In this document: in pieces, positions 29,201-34,366 of the stretch
Position numbering within the stretch: the stretch's first letter is position 1
How the letters are laid out: each line of letters opens with the position of its first letter
NCBI RefSeq assembly: GCF_018977255.1
Contig: NW_024704746.1
Location: 4,431,635-4,466,000, forward strand
Length of the DNA: 34,366 bases
Reading direction: 5' to 3'
DNA from: Callorhinchus milii
Lineage: Eukaryota
Made by a program: the position numbers and the translations under genes
Notes under the pieces: model-generated
The model's input: only the letters and a program-made list of their open reading frames with translations
What the model was told of the DNA's origin: nothing
Databases searched by the model: none

Positions 29201-32200
29201 CATTGAATTGGTGGCAAAGTAATCTTGACCCTTCATTGCATGGGCAATTATCAGCTGCAGTAACAAAGTACCACATGTGTACTTACTGGCTGCAGTGAAT
29301 TATGCATGCATGTAGATTATTGATTAAATCATGTTTTATATGATCTGCAGTTTGCCTGCAACTGGGACTTCACGTAAATCATATTAAACGTTATGGTCCC
29401 AATTGATATGGCTTATGGGAGTTTCACTGTATTTCCGTATATACTTACCATGGACTGATCTTCATTAATGGAATAGGAGCACAGGTGAAAAACACAGTTA
29501 GCAGCAAAAAAGACTTTCGGCCCCATACATCAGAGAGTGCACCTATCAAGGGTGCGCTCAAGAATGACAGTAATCCCTACAGAAATAGAACAATTAAAAA
29601 AATGCTCTTAGTTAATTCATTCCAATGAAATGATTTAAAACAAAATCAGGTTATGAGCTGCAATATTGCACATTCAAAATCATTTGTCAGAAACCTGACT
29701 TCACCTAAAGAGGAGAAATAATAAAGGGTAAGTATGGGAAATGGGCAGGAGAACGGGTCTAAACAATTAGCTAATTTAGACACGGCATGGATGACCAAAT
29801 GAGATAATAGATAATGGTAATACTGTGATGTATGTACATGGAGTTTCAGAAAGTTTTTAATAAGTTGCTGTACAACAGTATTGTTATGTCACAATGACCA
29901 GAACTGGACGCAGCACTCACAGGTGCACTATATAACATGGGCATGATTTCCGGATCTGAACTTAAATGATATGTAATACAGCATCATATCTATCTCACAT
30001 TGTTTCGACATGATAAGTGACAAGCTAATTAACAACACGTTTCTTTTTTCACCAGGCAAGCTCTACGTGACTGTTTGCTAACCAATCTCTTCCCTGGGAC
30101 CCTGGAGCATAAGTCAGGTTTCAAGAGATTTCAACCTCTTCAAACTATGTTTATCCACTTTGGTACAGCATGTACACAGCCCAAAGCTCACCCCCTCATC
30201 AAACTCTGTACATCTTCCAGTTTTTCTTAAACCTCATAATTTTTGGTAAATTTCTGACGAATTGGTTCTTTGGAAGGTCCTTCTGCTGTACGCTTCATTG
30301 TTTTTAAAGGATGTCCTTTTCTCCTAGCATGGTTTATTCTTGAGTATTAGCCCCATTCAGTCTAAGTCATTAAGCATAGTAGCTAAATTCAGCCTTTTTT
30401 TTGTAATTTAACTTACATTTAATGTCTGCCCAGGACACTTCTCAATTTAAGCAACTGGAATTATTTTAATTTTCATATTAATAACAAGACTTTTTACTTG
30501 CATTAGCTAAAGGTTAAACATTTCAATATAAATGAACATATAAATGTCACTGGTTTATGGCATTAACACTTTATAAAAAATACATTGCATCAATCTTGTA
30601 CTTACTTTCACTCCCTGAATTAAGCCATTCATCAAAAATGTGTGCTTGGGAAAGGTCTCATGCAAAACCTAGAAATATCAGAAAAGCAATATTAGAATGT
30701 TTGATATAGTAATCATTTAATCTCCCCTCCCACATCAGGACTTTATAATATATGAATGTATGAGAGAAAGCAGAGAGATGGGGGAAGTGAGAGCAGCGTA
30801 TTGTGGTTTAATGAAAGTACAAATGATCGGAACCTCCCTCGGCCATCATGGAAGAGGAAACCAAGGACAGACACCAAGCGCCGGGCCGTGCTGTTTCCTT
30901 ACAGCAAGCTTCCTCTTTCCCCAGTGAAAAACTCCTCTATGGCCTTCATTTCCCTCCACTCCCCACCCTAACTGCCATTTCCCAACCTGGAAAGAAATTT
31001 AAATAAATATGATGTGGCCCCTTAATAATGTGGTAGTTGAGGTTCATAAAATCTCAAATTGTACTGCAAGTCACACTTATGCATAGTAATGTCACTAATC
31101 ACAGGACCTATGACATCTCTGCGACGTGGGAAGAAAGCAGGTCAGTTTTCATATTAAACATGGACAATTTCTAAGGCATCAGGTCGCTGCTGACATCACT
31201 TCCAGAAGGCCTATGCTATTTGTCCACATTTTTGGTCATAATCCTTGCATTTGATGCATGTCGTTGAGACATCTCAAACTCCTTCACATAATATACTGTA
31301 AAGTGAATTGCCTGTATATTTTGTGGGCGAAACATGGCAACCAATTGTGCACAACAGTGTCCCACAAATAGTCAAGTATTGAATGACCAAATTATTGGGT
31401 GGGTTTTAAAGGGATTATTACCCCTGGAAAACAATCCACCAATTGACTAACAAACCAGGTTCCTAATTACTGCAAGGTAAACAGAGGTGTATGAAGTAAG
31501 AAAATTTGCCTAAGGTTTCACCCTGCTCGGGAATCAAGCGCGGGTCCTTTTGTTGCGAGGCGAGTGCTCTAACCAATACTCTACAGGACTTTGAAATGTC
31601 CTTCAGACGTGAAAGGTGTTATATAAATGTAAATTGCATTGTAAAACAGCTCAATAATGAAGTGTATTATAATGGGCCTGGACTGGATTTCAAAACTAAA
31701 ATTAAATAGTTTGAAGAAACAGCAGAGGAGAAAGAGTGAAGTAGATTGTTCCAGTGGGGAGGTTGGTGCTGGCAGCTGGCAATGGCTTTCCAATGCCTCA
31801 AAAGCAAAATGGCTAATCGGTTAAAAAGATTACTCATCGTTTCCCATTACAATAGAACTGACCTGATATGGATAAGTCTGATCAACAAATTGAAAAAGTT
31901 TAGCAATCTTCAGTTAGGTTTCATCAAGTCATTTTAGTTATGAACAGTGCATTAAGAACTTACCCCCAGGGTCGGTGCAGTTAGCAGACCCCAAGCAAAA
32001 AACTCCAGAAAGATTACGATCACCGCATGGTAAACACTCGGTGCACCGATTCCTTGGGGCTAGATTAAAACAAACACTCGACATAGCAATTGAAAATTAC
32101 ATCTAAACCCCCAAACCTCTGAAATCCTTTTGCCCGCACTCTCTCCAACTTCAAAACCCACTTTAAGATCTATCTTTGCGACCTTGCTTCGTAGCCCCAC

Positions 32201-33273
32201 CTCCAGTTTCGACTCTCAGTCACCTGTGTGAAGCACTTTGGGACATCTTCATGACATGAAAGGCACCTATTGAAATGAAAATCGCTGCTGTAGAGGAAAT
32301 TAACCACAAAGGTTGGGACCAACTGTCAGAGGTGCCGTCAGCTGAGACTCTGCGAGTCCAGGTCCTCACGTGGGGCTTGAACCGACAATCTTTTAACTCG
32401 GAGGCAAACGCGCCAGACTGATAGGCTCTGTGGAGTCCCCAAGCCTCGGCTCCTGCCAACCTGGGCCCAGTACTCTCCGCGATTAGGCAAACAGGATGCG
32501 CCCCTCCAGGGAGAGCGTACGCATTCCCTTACGATAAATATTTCCGGAAATCCCGCGTGCACGCGGGACACGTGAAATCCTCAAGCTCGGTTTGGATGCT
32601 CTTCCGCGCGGTGATGGGTTTCCGCCCGCGTCAAGACACTCCCCGACACGAAAAAAAACACACACACACACACACACACTGGAATTGGAAGCGAAAACAA
32701 GTCCCACATTAACAAAACAGTCGTCATCTTCAGTTTCGAACAGTTCCACTCTTGGGTTGGTCCCCCACACACACCCGCCTTCACCTCCTCTGCTCTGACC
32801 TGACACCTTCCTCTTCATGTCGAAGCTTCCCCACTTCCTTTCAGTTAACGATCCCTCTCCCCAGCCCTCTGCTCGGGTCGGCCTCAGACACACCGCAAGA
32901 GCAGCGTTAAACACTTCCGATTCCCACATCACTAACGTTCCCCACATGTGCGCCGAATTAAACAACAGCGATCCGGAAAAACCCACAGGGATCGCAGATC
33001 GCGCCGAAACTTGAAGCTGTCACTGAACCGCGGCAACTTGTGGCCCAACGGAGCCGCCTGAGGCCCCGCCGCCGTGAGGGCTGAGCCGGGAGCCCGGGAC
33101 CCGAGGCCGGGCCGAGGCAGCTCCGGCTGGAGTCGCCGTCGCTGCTCGGCTCCCCCGCCCCCCCCACCGCTCACCGCCGCCCCCGCACTCACCGTCCCGC
33201 CGTCTTTAATGATGATTTTCTTGGCCAACATCAGGCTCCGGTGAACCCGCTTCTTCTTCTTGGCCTCAATCAT
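17025..33273 (-). CDS. MFSD14A: MFSD14A (HIAT1, SLC71A1) major facilitator superfamily transporter, complete spliced gene, 489 aa
   Basis: Exons 33273-33193, 32059-31964, 30668-30606, 29576-29449, 28425-28311, 25999-25781, 25234-25121, 22568-22497, 21176-21064, 19563-19466, 18897-18734 and 17231-17025 sum to 1470 nt, all GT-AG. The N-terminus [26 protein letters not shown] and C-terminus [12 protein letters not shown] match HIAT1/MFSD14A. MFS motif A reads [10 protein letters not shown]. Confidence 0.97.
17838..18218 (+). mobile_element. SacSINE1-like DeuSINE, near full length
   Basis: Head gtgtcagcctggcgcagtggtagtgctctcgcctcggagtcagaagg; Deu domain gacgttaaaccgaggtcctgtctgcctgttcaggtggacgttaaagatc; L2-type 3' end. 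Confidence 0.85.
18734..18897 (-). CDS. MFSD14A: MFSD14A exon 11 ([19 protein letters not shown]...HSQQ)
   Basis: tttccag acceptor, CAG|gtaagt donor. Confidence 0.95.
19466..19563 (-). CDS. MFSD14A: MFSD14A exon 10 ([32 protein letters not shown])
   Basis: attgcag acceptor, G|gtaagt donor. Confidence 0.95.
19660..20055 (+). mobile_element. CR1 LINE 3' fragment in MFSD14A intron 9
   Basis: Degenerate FTLEK.RL.GDMI and TRGH..KL ORF2 end; terminates in the CR1-type ttcttatgttctt tail. Confidence 0.75.
21064..21176 (-). CDS. MFSD14A: MFSD14A exon 9 ([14 protein letters not shown]...GFGSEPW)
   Basis: tctctttaag acceptor, TG|gtatgt donor. Confidence 0.94.
21345..21700 (+). mobile_element. Old L2 3' fragment
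   Basis: Pyrimidine-rich, similar to 21905-22408 (ggagcttcagcc...ctctggaactc), with a degenerate tail. Confidence 0.65.
21905..22408 (+). mobile_element. L2 LINE 3' fragment
   Basis: Degenerate LHWLP..QRI.FKI-type ORF2 end, then tail gcgctctgagacgccttccggcgtggagggcactatataaatccaagttgttgttg. Confidence 0.8.
22497..22568 (-). CDS. MFSD14A: MFSD14A exon 8 ([24 protein letters not shown])
   Basis: ttgaacag acceptor, CAG|gtacat donor. Confidence 0.94.
23011..25005 (-). mobile_element. 5'-truncated, frameshifted L2-clade LINE (RT domain plus 3' tail) in MFSD14A intron 7
   Basis: ORF 23809-24552 has [56 protein letters not shown] and YADDTQL. Adjacent frames continue ORF2 ([25 protein letters not shown]). 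An L2 tail with short GTT-type repeats lies at ~23011-23070. Confidence 0.93.
25121..25234 (-). CDS. MFSD14A: MFSD14A exon 7 (SLKKVGQDS...SSFFLYLRQ)
   Basis: actccag acceptor, CAG|gtagga donor. Confidence 0.95.
25781..25999 (-). CDS. MFSD14A: MFSD14A exon 6 ([16 protein letters not shown]...EQADPFA)
   Basis: Inside ORF 25727-25999; GCG|gtgagt donor. Confidence 0.96.
26411..26570 (+). mobile_element. DeuSINE fragment (another on the - strand at ~25500-25605)
   Basis: Head plus gagacattaaacc...tctgttcaggtggacattaaagatcc. Confidence 0.65.
26995..27145. repeat. GA-rich low-complexity tract
   Basis: Degenerate (GA)n and gagagagactca units. Confidence 0.8.
27640..28120 (+). mobile_element. L2 derivative: start of ORF2 APE endonuclease joined to the L2 3' tail
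   Basis: 27911-28028 translates (one frameshift) as [36 protein letters not shown]. The L2 tail ending gttgttgttgt follows at ~28058-28121. Confidence 0.75.
28311..28425 (-). CDS. MFSD14A: MFSD14A exon 5 ([10 protein letters not shown]...ERSMAYGL)
   Basis: ccttctag acceptor, CTG|gtatgt donor. Confidence 0.95.
29449..29576 (-). CDS. MFSD14A: MFSD14A exon 4 ([21 protein letters not shown]...KISPW)
   Basis: ttctgtag acceptor, TG|gtaagt donor. Confidence 0.95.
30606..30668 (-). CDS. MFSD14A: MFSD14A exon 3 ([21 protein letters not shown])
   Basis: tttctag acceptor, AAA|gtaagt donor. Confidence 0.95.
31237..31590 (-). mobile_element. Full-length copy of the tRNA/CORE-like/Deu-tail SINE
   Basis: tRNA-like head at 31525-31590, cctctgtttacc.tgcagtaatt CORE-like block, shared 3' body. 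Confidence 0.8.
31964..32059 (-). CDS. MFSD14A: MFSD14A exon 2 ([32 protein letters not shown])
   Basis: ttaatctag acceptor, GGG|gtaagt donor. Confidence 0.95.
32658..32679. repeat. (CA)n microsatellite
   Basis: About 11 AC units. Confidence 0.9.
33193..33273 (-). CDS. MFSD14A: MFSD14A exon 1 (MIEAKKKKR...KDGGT)
   Basis: gccgccATG Kozak context; ACG|gtgagt donor. Confidence 0.93.
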
Positions 33274-33530
33274 GGCGGCATCGCGCAGCCCCGACGCTCA
33301 ACCAACGCGCTCTCGCCCGGCGCGCTCCCGCCGCCCACACAGCGCAGCGCGCTCCCGCCCGGCGGCCGGGCCCCGCCCTCACCGCTGCCATGGCGACCGC
33401 GCGCGCGGCACGAATTCCATTGGTCCGTCAGGATCACGTGATTATCACCCGGCGTTACCTCGGCTCACTCGGTGCTGAGCATGCGCCGACACTGCAGCTG
33501 CAGCGCCGCCTACCGGCAGCTCCTCCTGCA
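33269..33530 (-). promoter_or_regulatory. MFSD14A CpG-island promoter / 5' UTR
   Basis: Very GC- and CpG-rich. Contains a GC box (33371-33378), an X-box-like palindrome gctgccatggcgac (33384-33397), CCAAT on the - strand (33419-33423), an ATCACGTGAT E-box (33433-33442) and an NRF1-like gagcatgcgc (33477-33486). Confidence 0.75.
33270..33281 (-). other. 3-codon uORF (ATG CCG CCA TGA) whose stop overlaps the MFSD14A start codon
   Basis: The - strand reads gcgcgATGCCGCCATGAttgag. The uORF TGA (33272-33270) overlaps the main ATG (33273-33271). Confidence 0.6.
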
Positions 33531-33569
33531 AACACCAGACCCACCATCCTGGTCCATACCTCCCCCACG

Positions 33570-33862
33570 TCAACAACAATTTGCATTTATATAGCGCCCC
33601 CTCACGCAGGATAGCGACCCAGAGCGCTTTCCCTCAGTCACCTTTCCCTCCCACCCTGTTTTGGCCCCCGCCCCTCGCTCGCCTGCACAGCCGGCGGTTC
33701 GAGAGGTCCTCCCTGCTTGAAAAACTATATAAATGTGTATGTTATTTTATAATAATAATAATAATCCTCGCATTTGATATAGCGCTTTCCACGTCGGGAG
33801 GACGTCCCAAAGCGCTCCACAGAACACACGTAAAGTGAGCTGACTGTATATTTGTGGGCAAA
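33570..33862. mobile_element. Cluster of L2/SINE tails bounding the MFSD14A promoter
   Basis: - tail at 33571-33630, + tail at ~33685-33745, - SINE 3' end with (AAT)n at 33748-33862. Confidence 0.75.
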
Positions 33863-34366
33863 TAATTTGTGGGCGAATAATAATAATTTTTGTCCAAATG
33901 TGAAACAAAAGCCGCAGCTTACAACGTGGGATATGTGGCTGACTGCAGCAACAACAAAATTACATTTGTATACATTCCACTAGTCTGAAAAACATTGTTC
34001 GTTTTCCATACTTCAACCATCTTTTTCTCCCCTCTTTGCCACATTCCCTTTCAAAATAGACGTCTTAATGTTTGAAACAAGCTTTTTAAGTGGCACCTCA
34101 TCAGATGTTTTTTATCTGCACAATTATTTCCTCCCCCAAAAAATCAAGTCTTTTATAAATCTGTACCCTAATTAACTCTTGCTTTTCCAAGCTTTTGCTA
34201 ATTTTATCTTGTTACTGACCCCAGATGTTCATCCACAAAATACAAGGACTATTATCATCAACCAAACAAACAAATTTCAGTTTTTCCCTCCAACCCCTTC
34301 TTGCAGTGTTACATTGAATGAATTTATAGGATCCAGGCTACCCACATGTGAAATGCACAGATCAAC

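Noticed and set aside
32483-33167. ORFs in MFSD14A intron 1
   Set aside because: GC-rich CpG-island and microsatellite sequence, stop-poor by composition, with no recognisable domain

Overview
Vertebrate nuclear DNA, most likely a cartilaginous fish. This is inferred from SacSINE1-like DeuSINEs plus L2 and CR1 LINE debris; the compact introns would fit a chimaera. Three spliced protein-coding genes can be assembled exon by exon with consistent phases. LRRC39 is on the + strand, 5'-partial, with 7 coding exons (53-5589). TRMT13 is on the - strand, complete, with 11 exons (13246-5878, 457 aa, one GC-AG intron). MFSD14A/HIAT1 is on the - strand, complete, with 12 exons (33273-17025, 489 aa). Introns and the intergenic gap are filled with L2/CR1 fragments and L2-tailed SINEs. 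Most long ORFs in the ORF track are artefacts of repeats or antisense frames. I see no unambiguous new biological system. The best leads are: (1) SASS6 is missing from its usual place between MFSD14A and TRMT13, and a 9-copy CTCF/GC-box-like minisatellite sits there instead. (2) A 3-codon uORF has its stop overlapping the MFSD14A start codon (AUGA). (3) A three-copy unclassified repeat has a predicted pseudoknot with a compensatory change. (4) An inverted pair of ~60-70 bp elements brackets TRMT13 exon 1. (5) LRRC39 and TRMT13 have predicted overlapping convergent 3' ends. Orthologue comparisons are from memory of the human proteins, not from database searches.
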